Part shown: piece by piece, positions 10,460 through 20,921 of the stretch | Layout of the letters: each line of letters opens with the position of its first letter | How positions within the stretch are numbered: position 1 is the first letter of the stretch | DNA from: Thermoanaerobaculia bacterium | GTDB lineage: Bacteria > Acidobacteriota > Thermoanaerobaculia > Multivoradales > Multivoraceae | Assembly: GCA_963664405.1 (NCBI GenBank) | Contig: OY761158.1 | Span: 5,184,001-5,248,000 of the forward strand | Reading direction: 5' to 3' | Length of the DNA stretch: 64,000 nucleotides | Notes under the pieces: model-generated | Database searches by the model: none | What the model saw: only the letters and a program-made list of their open reading frames with translations | Told to the model about the DNA's origin: nothing | Position numbers and translations under genes: made by a program

Positions 10460-11004
10460 CAGGCCCTGCGGGGCACGAAGCGTTGGGCCCAGAAGATCCA
10501 CAGCAGCACCGCAAAAAGAATCACGATGGTTTGCCAAACCACCGTATGGGAGCTGTCGAAGAAACTCGGGAAATACACGCCGGTGAGGAACAGGGCGATG
10601 ACCCGGATCAGGTTGATGAACTGGATGCCGACGATGCCGATGGCCAGACCTCCGATGCGGGCCGCCCACGGGGCGGGGAAGGAGAGGGTCGCGGAGAGGA
10701 AGATGATAAGAGCCTCGACGCCGTTGCAGCCGTTCTCGATGTCAACGGCGAAGTTGCCTCCTGTGATGCGAGTGCCCTCCATCTGAATGTCCTGCCCCAG
10801 AAGATTCAACATGAAGCCGCTGGTGCGCGCGATGCCGGCGGTGAAGGGCACGATGACTCGATCGTTGATCGGCTCCCAGGCGATGAAGGTGAACCCGCCG
10901 CCCAGGAGGACGACGAAGAGGACCAGGAACTGGATCTCCCGAAGGTAGGATCGCCAGCCGGTTGGCGGGGGCGCCGCTGATTCTTTGTCGTTCTTTTCGG
11001 CCAT
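10459..11004 (-). CDS. xrtH: Exosortase H (IPTLxxWG-CTERM-type sorting transpeptidase)
   Basis: FAVDIENGCNGVEA (catalytic Cys), INLIR (Arg) and HTVVWQ (His); about 180-aa membrane protein. Confidence 0.85.
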   Translation of the reverse strand: MAEKNDKESAAPPPTGWRSYLREIQFLVLFVVLLGGGFTFIAWEPINDRVIVPFTAGIARTSGFMLNLLGQDIQMEGTRITGGNFAVDIENGCNGVEALIIFLSATLSFPAPWAARIGGLAIGIVGIQFINLIRVIALFLTGVYFPSFFDSSHTVVWQTIVILFAVLLWIFWAQRFVPRRA

Positions 11005-11097
11005 TCTCGAGATCTCGCGTGTCAAGGGAGATTCTAAGGGACCATGCTTCGTCGAGTCTACGGGCTGGGAGACTGTATCGGCCGTGTCGATACGCCG

Positions 11098-11126
11098 TTG
11101 ACAAGGGCGAGAGCTGTGCGTACGAT
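11098..11126 (+). promoter_or_regulatory. Sigma70 promoter of the pyr operon
   Basis: TTGACA-17 bp-TACGAT. Confidence 0.75.
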
Positions 11127-11162
11127 CCGGCGAGCCTGAGCCCGACCCCGGGGCCTTCCCCA

Positions 11163-11699
11163 TTGTCCCAGATCAAGCAACTCCTCGACTCTCGCCAGAT
11201 GGTGCGAGTGCTTCGTCGTATGGCGGGGGAGATCGTCGAGCGTAACCACGACGTAGACGATCTGGTGCTGGTCGGGATCCGCACCCGAGGAGTTCCGATG
11301 GCAGAGTTCTTCGCCGATGAGATAGAACGCCTGGAGGGGACGAGGCCGGTGATCGGGCTGCTCGATATCACTCTCTACCGCGATGACCTCTCGGTGATCG
11401 GCCCCCAGCCGATCGTGCGCGAGACGCGTTTGCCTGCTTCGATCGACGATCGGGTCGTGGTGCTCTGCGATGACGTGCTCTACACCGGCCGCACCATTCG
11501 CGCCGCGCTCGACGCCCTGGTCGACTTTGGTCGCCCGCGAGTGGTGCAGCTGGCCGTGCTGGTGGATCGAGGGCATCGAGAGCTTCCGATCCAGGCCGAC
11601 GTTGTCGGACGCAGCATCTCTACCGGCGACAACGAGCAAGTGCGAGTGCGCTTCGAATCGACCGACGGCGACGACAGAGTCGAGTTGGCTGAGCTATGA
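11163..11699 (+). CDS. pyrR: Bifunctional pyrimidine regulator/uracil phosphoribosyltransferase PyrR
   Basis: [34 protein letters not shown] and DRGHRELPI; TTG start inferred from typical length. Confidence 0.95.
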   Translation: MSQIKQLLDSRQMVRVLRRMAGEIVERNHDVDDLVLVGIRTRGVPMAEFFADEIERLEGTRPVIGLLDITLYRDDLSVIGPQPIVRETRLPASIDDRVVVLCDDVLYTGRTIRAALDALVDFGRPRVVQLAVLVDRGHRELPIQADVVGRSISTGDNEQVRVRFESTDGDDRVELAEL

Positions 11700-12637
11700 A
11701 CCAGAGCGGATGGACACGCAAGCACCTTCTGGGAGTCGCTGACCTCGTCCCGGAAGAGGTCGAGCTCATTCTCGACACGGCTCACTCGTTCCTCGAGGTG
11801 GCCCACCGTCCGATCAAGAAAGTCCCGACGCTTCGGGGACGCACCCTGCTCGGGCTTTTCTTCGAGCCCTCGACGCGAACGAGCTCGAGCTTCGAGATCG
11901 CCGCCAAACGTCTGTCGGCGGACTGGGTGAATTTCTCCACCAGCTCCTCTTCTCTGCGCAAAGGCGAGTCGCTCTACGACACCGCTAGGAATCTCCAGGC
12001 GATGGCTCCCGACATGGTCGTCGTTCGCCATGCCTTTCCCGGCGTTCCGGAGATGTTGGCGGCGGAAATGGATTGTGGGGTGATCAACGCCGGTGACGGT
12101 GCTCGCGAGCACCCCACTCAAGCCCTGCTCGACGCCTTCACGATCCGCCAGGCCAAAGGACGGATCGAGGGGCTTGAAGTCGCGATTATCGGCGATATCG
12201 AGCATAGTCGGGTAGCGAGGTCGAACGTCTCGCTGCTCACCAAAATGGGGGCTCGCGTTACCCTGGCCGGGCCCCGCACATTGTTGCCTGCGGCGGCCGA
12301 AAGCCTTGGTGCTGCGGTTGCCTACTCGGTAGAGGAGGCGGTTGCAGGCAAGGATGTGGTCATGATGCTGCGGGTGCAGTTGGAGCGGCAGCACCGCGCG
12401 CTGTTCCCCTCTCTGCGGGAGTATTTCGACTTCTTCGCGCTCACCCGCGAGCGGCTGGCGGGAGCCAAGGATGACGTCATCATTCTTCACCCAGGACCGA
12501 TGAACCGAGGCGTCGAGATCGCCTCGGACGTGGCCGACGGCCCCTTCTCCGTGATCCTCGACCAAGTGACGAACGGTGTCGCGGTGCGCATGGCCGTGCT
12601 CTATCTGCTCTCGATCGCCACCACGGAGGCGGCATGA
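11696..12637 (+). CDS. pyrB: Aspartate carbamoyltransferase catalytic subunit
   Basis: [22 protein letters not shown] and [11 protein letters not shown]. Confidence 0.97.
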   Translation: MNQSGWTRKHLLGVADLVPEEVELILDTAHSFLEVAHRPIKKVPTLRGRTLLGLFFEPSTRTSSSFEIAAKRLSADWVNFSTSSSSLRKGESLYDTARNLQAMAPDMVVVRHAFPGVPEMLAAEMDCGVINAGDGAREHPTQALLDAFTIRQAKGRIEGLEVAIIGDIEHSRVARSNVSLLTKMGARVTLAGPRTLLPAAAESLGAAVAYSVEEAVAGKDVVMMLRVQLERQHRALFPSLREYFDFFALTRERLAGAKDDVIILHPGPMNRGVEIASDVADGPFSVILDQVTNGVAVRMAVLYLLSIATTEAA

Positions 12638-13926
12638 GCCTGCTGCTTCGCGGTGGCAGGGTCGTGGACCCGAGCCAGGACCTCGACGCCAGTCGGGACG
12701 TGCTGCTGGTCGACGGCGAGGTGCGCGAGCTGGCGGAGTCGATCGAGGCGTCGCCCGGCGTCGAGGTCTTGGATGTCGCCGGCAAGGTCATAACACCCGG
12801 GCTGATCGACATCCACGCTCACCTTCGCGAGCCGGGGCAGGAGTACAAGGAGAGCGTCCTCACCGGTACGCGAGCGGCGGCCGCCGGGGGGTTCACTGCG
12901 GTCGTGTGCATGGCCAACACCGATCCGGTCAACGACAATGCCTCGGTGACCGAGCACATCCTGGCCCAGGCGACTCGTCACGGCTACGCTCGTGTCTACC
13001 CGGTCGGGGCCATCTCCAAGGGGCTGCGAGGCGAAGAACTGGCCGAGATGGGCCGGCTGGCCGCAGCCGGAGTGGTCGCCTACTCGGATGACGGTAGGCC
13101 AGTGGAAAGCTCCGAGTTGATGCGCCGAGCTCTGAGCTATGCACGCCACTTCGGCTTGCCTCTGGTGCAGCACGCCCAGGACCTGCCGCTGAGCGGCGAA
13201 GGGGCGATGCATGAAGGCGAGTGGTCCGCTCGGCTCGGAATTCCCGGGATCCCGGCCGCCGCTGAAGATCTGATGGTGGCGCGCGACGTTCTCCTCACCG
13301 AGCTCGCCGGGGGTCGCTATCACCTACAGCATCTGTCGAGTGCGAAGAGTCTCGATCTCGTACGAGCGGCGAAAGAGCAGGGCCTCGCGGTCACTTGCGA
13401 GGCGACGCCACATCATCTGTTGCTGACCGACGAGGAAGTGTTCAGGAGTGGGATCTCAACCAACACGAAGATGAATCCGCCGCTGCGCTCCGAACGGGAT
13501 CGCCAAGCTCTTCTCGAGGGCATTGCAGACGGCTCGATCGATTGCGTCGCGACCGACCACGCTCCCCATCACGTCGACGAGAAGCGCGTCCCCTTCAATG
13601 TGGCGCCCTTCGGGATCGTTGGCCTCGAGACCGCGGTGGGGCTGTGTCTGGATCGTCTGGTGGCGCAGGGAGTCGTGGATCTGAGTCGATTGGTGGACCT
13701 GCTTTCGTGCCAGCCGGCCAAGATCATGGGTCTTCCCGGAGGCTCTCTACGACCCGGGGCTGTCGCCGACGTGACCGTTCTCGATCTCGACCAGGAGTGG
13801 ACCGTAGACGCGAGTCGCTTCGAGAGCAAGTCGAGTAACACGCCTTTTGACGGCTGGTCCGGCCGTGGGGCGCCGCTGCACACGATCGTCGGTGGGCGGC
13901 TCATTTCGTTATCGGCTTCAGAGTAG
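12634..13926 (+). CDS. pyrC: Dihydroorotase
   Basis: [17 protein letters not shown] and ATDHAPH; overlaps the pyrB stop. Confidence 0.96.
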   Translation: MSLLLRGGRVVDPSQDLDASRDVLLVDGEVRELAESIEASPGVEVLDVAGKVITPGLIDIHAHLREPGQEYKESVLTGTRAAAAGGFTAVVCMANTDPVNDNASVTEHILAQATRHGYARVYPVGAISKGLRGEELAEMGRLAAAGVVAYSDDGRPVESSELMRRALSYARHFGLPLVQHAQDLPLSGEGAMHEGEWSARLGIPGIPAAAEDLMVARDVLLTELAGGRYHLQHLSSAKSLDLVRAAKEQGLAVTCEATPHHLLLTDEEVFRSGISTNTKMNPPLRSERDRQALLEGIADGSIDCVATDHAPHHVDEKRVPFNVAPFGIVGLETAVGLCLDRLVAQGVVDLSRLVDLLSCQPAKIMGLPGGSLRPGAVADVTVLDLDQEWTVDASRFESKSSNTPFDGWSGRGAPLHTIVGGRLISLSASE

Positions 13927-13930
13927 GCGG

Positions 13931-14755
13931 ATGAGCGACTCGCGACTTGTCGAGGTAGCTGTGGAGGCTTCTCGGCGAGGCGGCGAGATACTGATGCGCC
14001 ATCTGGGGGGGAGCGATCTTGGAGTCGAGGAGAAGGAGAAGAACGACTTCGTCTCGCGTGCCGACAAAGAGAGCGAGGCCGCCGTCATCGCCTGCATTTA
14101 CGATGCCTTTCCCGCCCATCACATTCTTGCTGAGGAAGGTGGGCGGCGCGCGGGAACGGGAGAGGCAGACTATGAGTGGATTGTCGATCCTCTCGATGGA
14201 ACCACCAACTATTTGCAAGGCGTGCCCTTTTTCTGTGTGTCGATTGGCTGTCGGCGTGGCAGCGAGATGGTGGCGGCCGCGATTCTCGACCCCCAGCGCG
14301 ACGACCTTTTTACCGCTTCCGCCGGCGGCGGCGCCTACCGAAACGGAAAGAGGGTGCGCCTGGCGCCGAGAGAGGGCCTCGATGGGGCTTTTCTTGCTAC
14401 AGGGTTCCCGTTCAAGGCGCGGGGAGCCGCCGACACTTATGCCGCTCTCTTTCGCGACGTCTTCGTCGAAGCGCGAGGCATTCGTCGCTGCGGGGCCGCG
14501 GCCCTCGACTTGGCCTACACCTCGGCGGGGGTCTTCGAGGGCTTTTTCGAATTTCGGCTTGCCCCGTGGGATATCGCCGCAGGGAGCCTTCTGGTGCGGG
14601 AGGCTGGTGGCGTCGTGTCGGATCTCGACGGTGGAGACGAATACCTGAAAAAGGGCAGTATTTTGGCGGGAGTACCTGGCGTTCACCGTCGTCTGTTGGA
14701 GATCGTCGGCCGACACACCAGTGAAGCGGATCTTGATCGCCTTCTATCCGGCTAG
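13931..14755 (+). CDS. suhB: Inositol monophosphatase family protein
   Basis: WIVDPLDGTTNY, RRCGAAALDLAY and WDIAAG. Confidence 0.9.
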   Translation: MSDSRLVEVAVEASRRGGEILMRHLGGSDLGVEEKEKNDFVSRADKESEAAVIACIYDAFPAHHILAEEGGRRAGTGEADYEWIVDPLDGTTNYLQGVPFFCVSIGCRRGSEMVAAAILDPQRDDLFTASAGGGAYRNGKRVRLAPREGLDGAFLATGFPFKARGAADTYAALFRDVFVEARGIRRCGAAALDLAYTSAGVFEGFFEFRLAPWDIAAGSLLVREAGGVVSDLDGGDEYLKKGSILAGVPGVHRRLLEIVGRHTSEADLDRLLSG

Positions 14756-14764
14756 ACTTGACCG

Positions 14765-15712
14765 GTGAGAGCCCTCGCTCGCGTCGGACTGATCCTTTAT
14801 CTCGCCTTCTTGATCTTCGGCCTCTCGGTCACTCCGAGGGCGTTGGGCGATCTGCTGCAGCGCGGCGAGCTCCCGCAGGCCCGGCTCACTCGGGAACGTG
14901 TCGGAGAACGCCTGGGAGCCCTTCGTGACCGTTTCTTTATCTTCGCTTCTGAGGTGGATGATCTGCGTCTTCGGGTCGAGAAGATCCGTGTGGCCTATGG
15001 CCTGGCGGAGGCCCTCGAGCCCTCGCCGCGGTTGGAGGATCGAGGCGCTTTTCCGGAGACGGTGTTCCTTGCCCAGATCGAGGATACGGTGCGAGTTGCC
15101 ACGCGCCTGCGGTTGGACATCGGCGATCTCGAAGCAAAGGTAGCCAACCTGCGTGAGTTCGAGAGCGGTGAGGCCGGTCGCGTGGCCTTCACACCTTCGA
15201 TCTCGCCCCTACGCGGCGACTTCGTCCTCACCTCGGCGGTGGGCCAGCGAAAGAACCCCTTTACCGGTATCAGCGAGTACCACATCGGGATCGACCTGTC
15301 GGCCCCGGTGGGCAGCTCGATCTTGGCTGCCGCCGATGGTGAGGTGGTATTCGCCGGCCGTTACTCTCTGCGACGTCGTTCGGGCTGGTGGCGTCTTGGG
15401 AAGCTGGTGGCGGTGCGCCATGGCAAGGAGCTGCTGTCGATCTATGGGCATTGCGACAAGATCATGGTCCGTCGAGGCCAGCGGGTAACTCGCGGGGATC
15501 GTCTCGCCACCGTGGGCGAAAGCGGTGTGAGTGCCAATCCACATCTTCACTACGCGGTTTGGCGGCGCAACGATCTCGGAGTCCTGGCACCGGTGGACCC
15601 GAGGCTATTCATGCTCGATCGCCGCTGGAGCGACGAGGAGGCTCTGCTCGTGCAAGCAAGTAGCCATCCCGAGGTATGGCAGTACGAGGCGCTGCCGAGG
15701 GGGATTCGCTGA
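14765..15712 (+). CDS. M23-family metallopeptidase with coiled coil
   Basis: N-terminal TM; HIGID (HxxxD) and PHLHY (HxH) zinc motifs. Confidence 0.88.
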   Translation: MRALARVGLILYLAFLIFGLSVTPRALGDLLQRGELPQARLTRERVGERLGALRDRFFIFASEVDDLRLRVEKIRVAYGLAEALEPSPRLEDRGAFPETVFLAQIEDTVRVATRLRLDIGDLEAKVANLREFESGEAGRVAFTPSISPLRGDFVLTSAVGQRKNPFTGISEYHIGIDLSAPVGSSILAAADGEVVFAGRYSLRRRSGWWRLGKLVAVRHGKELLSIYGHCDKIMVRRGQRVTRGDRLATVGESGVSANPHLHYAVWRRNDLGVLAPVDPRLFMLDRRWSDEEALLVQASSHPEVWQYEALPRGIR

Positions 15713-15807
15713 GCAGCGAACCTCGACGCCACGAAGCCGCGGTCATCGGCGGCGGCCCTGCGGGCGCGACTGCTGCTCGCCTGCTCCGTCGCTGGGGATC
15801 TACCTGA
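15709..15807 (+). pseudogene. N-terminal remnant of an FAD-dependent oxidoreductase (halogenase/GGR-like)
   Basis: Manual translation HEAAVIGGGPAGATAARLLRRWG then stop; GxGxxG dinucleotide fold start coupled to the M23 stop. Confidence 0.6.
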
Positions 15808-16006
15808 ACATGAGCCCGAGTTCGTGCTGCAAGGGTTCCGGACCAAGTGGTAGCCACGAAGAGCGACACCTCCGAATGTACTGATGTCGCGATCTGTGGT
15901 GGAGCCGCACTTTGTGATTTCCGGGCAGTTTGGCTCGGTGCAGGCAACAGAAGTAGGCTCAGCGTTGCGACGACGAGACAGAGCCAACGATCGTGAGGTG
16001 ATGCGA

Positions 16007-16369
16007 ATGAGCCAAGCCGACAACTCCGTCGACGAAGCGAGCTTTCGCGACTCGATTCCGGACTCCCAGCAGCCGACGTTCACGCTGCTCCAGCAGCTCA
16101 TCGAAGATCTCGTGCCCGACGCCGACGTGAGCATCAAGTGGGGCACGATCGCCTACGACCTCGACTGCAGCCTTTTCGCGCTCTCGGCCAACAAGAAGCA
16201 CGTGAACCTCTACATCCTGACCTTGGGACTGCTCGCCGAGTACGCCGACGACCTGGCCGGCATCCCTCAGAGCAAGTGCGTGCTTCGTTTCAGTCCCAGC
16301 GCCGAGGTGCCCCTCGAGACTTTGCGTAAGGTCATGACCGATGCCGTGGAGCGTAAGCGGGCTGACTAG
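16007..16369 (+). CDS. DUF1801 (YdhG-like) domain protein
   Basis: SIKWGTIAY, ALSANKKHVNLY and SKCVLRF..PLETL patterns; GAGGTG RBS. Confidence 0.75.
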   Translation: MSQADNSVDEASFRDSIPDSQQPTFTLLQQLIEDLVPDADVSIKWGTIAYDLDCSLFALSANKKHVNLYILTLGLLAEYADDLAGIPQSKCVLRFSPSAEVPLETLRKVMTDAVERKRAD

Positions 16370-16384
16370 AGGCGCACGGGTCGA

Positions 16385-17734
16385 GTGAAGATTCCCACCC
16401 GCGCCGACGTGCTGCGCGTTGCGTGGCCGATCGTGCTGGCCAACTCGGCGATTCCGCTGCTCGGCCTCGCCGATACGGCTGTCATCGGCAACACCGGCAC
16501 CGTTGCGGAGCTCGGAGCGATTGCTCTTGGAGCGCTCGTCTTCAACTTCGTGTATTGGAGCTTCGCCTTCCTGCGCATGGGAACGACGGGGTTCGTGGCT
16601 CAGGCGGACGGAGCCGGCGACGAGGTCGAGGTGCGCTCAGCACTCGGGCGGGCGCTGGTCCTTGCGGCAGCGATCGGGGTCGTCCTGGTTCTCTTGCAGA
16701 AGCCGATCGAATGGGTGACGCTCGGGTTGCTCGCCGGCACGGCGGAGGTCGAGTCGATCGCCAGCTCCTACTACTTCATCCGCATCTGGGGGGCACCGGC
16801 GGCCCTCGGCACCTTCGCGGTTCTCGGCACCTTCATCGGCCTCGGCGAGAGCGGCCGGCTGCTCCAGACGCAGATCTTCCTCAACGGCCTAAACATTGCT
16901 CTCGACGTCGTCTTCGCAGGGGTTCTCGGCTGGGGGGTCGAGGGTATCGCTCTGGGTACGACGATCGCCGAATGGGCGACCCTCGTCGTCGCTCTAGTGC
17001 TTGTGCGGCGCACCCTGAGAGCGCGGCGCGAGGACGCCGAGCCGTTCTTTTTGTGGTCACAGATCCTACGGCGCGACAAGCTCGCCCGCACGCTGAGCGC
17101 CAACGCCGACATCATGGTCCGCACCCTCTTTTTGCTCTTCGGCTTCGGTTGGTTCACCAACCAGGGCGCACGCTTCGGCGACGAAGTGCTGGCTGCGAAC
17201 CACGTCCTGTTACAGCTCGTCACCGCCAGCGCTTACTTCCTCGACGGTTACGCCCATGCCACCGAGTCGCTGCTCGGTCGTGCGATCGGTGCCCGGCAGC
17301 GCGAGGCGTTCGATAGCGCGGTCCGCTGCTCCACCCAACTCGCTGCGGTGACCGCCGTAGTGCTGACGGCGATCGTGCTGCTCGGCGGCCGCTTCGTCAT
17401 CGCCTGGCTGACCGACCTCGAAGTGGTGCGCCAGCTCGCCTCGAGCTGGCTTCCCTACACCGCGTCTTATGTTCTGGTCTCCTTCGCCGCCTTCCAGCTC
17501 GACGGCATCTTCATCGGTGCCACTCGTACGCGAGATATGCGCAACACAGCCGGCGTTTCGCTCCTGGTCTTTCTGCTCGTCAGTTGGCCCCTGGTCGCGA
17601 TCGCCGGCAATCGAGGTCTGTGGATGGCCTTTGTCGTCTACGTGATCGTTCGTGCGGTCACACTGGCGGCTCGCTTCCCAGCGTTGCGGCGCGCGGCGCT
17701 CGAGCCGCAGGCCACAGACTCGTCGTGGTTGTAG
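16385..17734 (+). CDS. MATE-family efflux transporter (DinF-like)
   Basis: AWPIVLAN..PLLGLADTAVIG and FLRMGTTG; about 12 TMs. Confidence 0.92.
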   Translation: MKIPTRADVLRVAWPIVLANSAIPLLGLADTAVIGNTGTVAELGAIALGALVFNFVYWSFAFLRMGTTGFVAQADGAGDEVEVRSALGRALVLAAAIGVVLVLLQKPIEWVTLGLLAGTAEVESIASSYYFIRIWGAPAALGTFAVLGTFIGLGESGRLLQTQIFLNGLNIALDVVFAGVLGWGVEGIALGTTIAEWATLVVALVLVRRTLRARREDAEPFFLWSQILRRDKLARTLSANADIMVRTLFLLFGFGWFTNQGARFGDEVLAANHVLLQLVTASAYFLDGYAHATESLLGRAIGARQREAFDSAVRCSTQLAAVTAVVLTAIVLLGGRFVIAWLTDLEVVRQLASSWLPYTASYVLVSFAAFQLDGIFIGATRTRDMRNTAGVSLLVFLLVSWPLVAIAGNRGLWMAFVVYVIVRAVTLAARFPALRRAALEPQATDSSWL

Positions 17735-17780
17735 CCAAAGGCCCAAATCAGTCCCGATCGAAGCAGATCTGAGCCTCCTC

Positions 17781-19427
17781 TCACAGAAGAACCACACAGC
17801 CACTCGCGCGGTCCCAGCGCCAAGGAAATTCATCGGTGGTGAGGTGTGATGGCCCTAGCCAGCGCGAGATCCCATTCAGCGAGACGCTGTCTGAGCGACC
17901 CGCGAGGACGTCGCGGCCGGCATTCGTAATCCGGATGCCTTCGCTCATAAGCTCGGTCTCGCCCATCCCCAGGGCCGCTCCCTCTCGCTCGACAAGCGGC
18001 GTGGTTGCCGACTCGAGCTCACCCAGCATCGCGAAGAACTGGGTGCTCGAGAGATACGGATTCTGGTCACGTTCGTAGTGCTCGCTGAAGAGGTCTCGCC
18101 CCGTTCTGGTGGCCGTCCCAACGCTCTCTAGGACCAGCCGCTGGGACTTGGTGAGCCCATTCGATGAATCCGGAAGGTCCTCGAGGAAGCGCCTGAGGGC
18201 GGCCGCGAGGAAGGGGAGCGCCGACGTATTGCCTTGAATGGTGCGCTCGATTTCGAATGGATCGCCCGAGCAGAACGCGGTCCATGCACGTTGAGCAAGG
18301 AGGTGTTGCTCCTCGCTCACATCGCCCCGTGTCTCGAACAGCGACGCCATCTCGTCCTCATTCAGCTGACCCAGGCCTCGAAAGTCCTCGATGCCAGGGA
18401 AACTTCCGATACAGGTGAGGGAGAGGCTGGTGTCGCCGAGTGCACGGGACGCATACCAGGCCAGATGCCGGATGAGCAAGAGTTGATCGAAGAGGTCGTG
18501 CTCGAACCAGAGCACTACTTCGTCGTAGTCGGCGTGCGCCTCCATCGCCTCGTCCCAGCCCGAGGCCATCTCTCCGCCGGCTCCAGCAAATGCCCCGAAC
18601 CAAGCGGTTTCGTAGAAGTCGGCTCGCGCTGCGCGCCATGCCGGCGTCTCGATGCCGCCCGCCGGCAGCGGCCCGTCCCAGAGCAGCTCGGCCCAGATGC
18701 CGACAGTTCCCGGTACCTCGCAGGCGCGGAGGGTTTCGGCAGCGCTGTCGCCGTTGGTGAGATGGAACAGTGCCCTCTCCTTCCTTTCAGTGTCGAACAC
18801 CTCGGTCGGCGCGGCGCTTTCGATCGCATCCTGCATTTGTGATTCCTCGAGAATTACTTTCAGTTGGGCGCGAGCGCGGTGGAGCCAGCTCTTGACGGTG
18901 CCGGCGGGTGCACCGAGATGGTCCGCAACCCGCTGCAGGCTGAGGCCATCGCGATGGAAAAGAACGATCGGAGCGCGGTACTTCTCGGGAAGGCTCTCCA
19001 CCGCAGCCGCCACACGAGCCCGCATCTCAGCGCGTTCGAGGCGAGCGGGCGCTGATGGGAGCTCGCTGTGCAAGGCATCGACTCCGTGCGGAGACGTGCC
19101 GCGAAACAGAGCCGGCCGGAACGTTCGCATCCAGTCGACACAGGTGCCGAACACGATGCGTCGGAGCCAGGGGCGGAACTTCCTCGGATCGGACAGTAGG
19201 TCGATGTTGCCGAGCGCTCGGATGAACGCTTCCTGGCACATGTCCTCGGTTTCGACCGCGTCGCGAACTAAGGAGCGAGCGAGGGCGAGGACGTCACCTT
19301 GGTGGCGATCGACGAGGAGGCCGAAGGCCTCCGCTTCTCCGTTCCGAACCCGCGACACGAGTGTCGCGTCTTCGGCCGCGCCGTCTGCGTCCTTGCTGAG
19401 TCGTCGAGATTTGTCGTTGCCGTTCAA
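17781..19427 (-). CDS. ECF sigma factor fused to a C-terminal DUF1835-like domain
   Basis: Sigma region 2 (EDMCQEAF..FRPWLRRI) and region 4 (LPEKYR..GTVKSWLHRAR), then LFHLTNGDSA..LWDGP..VVLWFEHDLFDQL; TTG start with GGAGG RBS inferred. Confidence 0.85.
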   Translation of the reverse strand: MNGNDKSRRLSKDADGAAEDATLVSRVRNGEAEAFGLLVDRHQGDVLALARSLVRDAVETEDMCQEAFIRALGNIDLLSDPRKFRPWLRRIVFGTCVDWMRTFRPALFRGTSPHGVDALHSELPSAPARLERAEMRARVAAAVESLPEKYRAPIVLFHRDGLSLQRVADHLGAPAGTVKSWLHRARAQLKVILEESQMQDAIESAAPTEVFDTERKERALFHLTNGDSAAETLRACEVPGTVGIWAELLWDGPLPAGGIETPAWRAARADFYETAWFGAFAGAGGEMASGWDEAMEAHADYDEVVLWFEHDLFDQLLLIRHLAWYASRALGDTSLSLTCIGSFPGIEDFRGLGQLNEDEMASLFETRGDVSEEQHLLAQRAWTAFCSGDPFEIERTIQGNTSALPFLAAALRRFLEDLPDSSNGLTKSQRLVLESVGTATRTGRDLFSEHYERDQNPYLSSTQFFAMLGELESATTPLVEREGAALGMGETELMSEGIRITNAGRDVLAGRSDSVSLNGISRWLGPSHLTTDEFPWRWDRASGCVVLL

Positions 19428-19464
19428 AGTCTTTTTGCCCTCCGATCTTCGAGCCTCGCTTGAT

Positions 19465-19491
19465 AGTCGAGAGTCGTGCGGGCGAGGTTGC
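19465..19491 (-). promoter_or_regulatory. Putative ECF autoregulatory promoter
   Basis: GCAACC-16 bp-CGACT about 40 bp upstream of the inferred sigma start; matches the AAC/CG-type ECF consensus. Confidence 0.5.
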
Positions 19492-19814
19492 ACGGAAGCG
19501 CTGACATTCTCCCGAGAAGGTATCAATCGATGCGACGCCGCAACACCCGAGGCCGGTCTCTGTCCAGAGACGAAAGAGGCTCTTGACGTTTCCCAGTGGC
19601 GATCCAGGGGCTCGATCGGTGGAGATCGAGCTGGAGACAACTCCGTCCGTGTCTGCATTTGTTGGCCCGGTTTTGACCGCTCTATTCGCCTGGATGACCT
19701 GAAGGAGTAAACTGCATTCGGTTGGAGAAAATGCCAAGGCCCGCGATCGACACCAGTCGTGGTGCGGTGCGAAGGGCCGCTTCTGCGAAGGGGCGCAAAG
19801 GAGACTCGAAGCGA

Positions 19815-20894
19815 ATGAGCATGTTTCCGAAGTCGGTCAAGATCACCGACGACACGATGAGGGAAGGCCTCCAGATCGAGAGCGCCGACATTCCGGTGTC
19901 CGAAAAGCTGAGGCTGTTGGACGCGATCGGTGAGACCGGGGCGAAGACGATTGCGATCGGATCCTTCGCTCACCCGAAATGGACGCCGCAGATGGCCTGC
20001 ATCGAAGAGATCGCCGAGCGCTTCGTCCCCAAACCCGGCGTGAGCTATACGGCCGTTATCTTCAATCGTAAGGGGTTCGAGCGGGCAGACAAGTTCTACC
20101 CGAAGATCAACGTGCGAACCAAGCGATTCGGTATCCACATCGAGCTGTGCGATTCATTCGCCCGTCGCAACTACAATCGGACCCAGGCGGAGCAGATCTT
20201 GGGCATGCCCGACACCGTCGCCAGAGCGCACGAGGGTGGAGCCGAGCTCGGGGCGGTGGCGATCGGAAACCCGTTCGGGTCCAACTTCGAGGGGCCTTTC
20301 TCGCTGGAACAGCGGATGGACCTTTTGGCCATGATGATCGATGCCTGGCACGAGGGCGGGTTCGAGGTAAAGAGATGCTCTTTTCTCGACGCCATGGGTT
20401 GGAACATGCCGCATCTGGTGGAGGAGACCATCCTGGCGGTAAGGGATCGTTGGCCGGAGATCACGGACTTCCACTGCCACCTTCATGACACCAGAGGCGC
20501 CACCATGGCGAGCTTCTACGAAGCCCTCAAGTTAGGAGTGCGTGAATTCGATACCTCCATCGGTGGCATGGGCGGCTGTCCTTACTGTGGTAACGGTCGA
20601 GCCGCGGGGCACGTCCCAACTGAAGACTTTGTCGATCTCTGCCATGAGCTCGGCATCGAAACCGGCTACAACCTCGACAAGCTGATCGAGGCGGCCGCGA
20701 TCGCCGAGGAAGTGGTGGGGCATCCACTCTGGGGGCACGTCTCCAAGGCCGGCCCCCGGCCGCGTGGAGAGAAGCTCTATCCTCGTGATATGCCCTTCGT
20801 GGAGACACTCGACGAGGCGGCCCATTTCCGCAAGGGAGCCGCGGTCTACGCCGGGCAGGTGTCTCCTTGGAAGCCCGATCTGATGACTCGGTAG
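19815..20894 (+). CDS. HMG-CoA lyase-like DRE-TIM metallolyase
   Basis: DDTMREGLQ, HLHDTRG and GGMGGCPYC..AAGHVPTED. Confidence 0.85.
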   Translation: MSMFPKSVKITDDTMREGLQIESADIPVSEKLRLLDAIGETGAKTIAIGSFAHPKWTPQMACIEEIAERFVPKPGVSYTAVIFNRKGFERADKFYPKINVRTKRFGIHIELCDSFARRNYNRTQAEQILGMPDTVARAHEGGAELGAVAIGNPFGSNFEGPFSLEQRMDLLAMMIDAWHEGGFEVKRCSFLDAMGWNMPHLVEETILAVRDRWPEITDFHCHLHDTRGATMASFYEALKLGVREFDTSIGGMGGCPYCGNGRAAGHVPTEDFVDLCHELGIETGYNLDKLIEAAAIAEEVVGHPLWGHVSKAGPRPRGEKLYPRDMPFVETLDEAAHFRKGAAVYAGQVSPWKPDLMTR

Positions 20895-20921
20895 GAGCCT
20901 GCGCAGCAGGACTCCGGATGC

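Noticed and set aside
19428-20138. N-terminal 236 aa of the 785-aa sigma ORF
   Set aside because: It overlaps the opposite-strand lyase gene; the RBS and promoter support a start near 19427.
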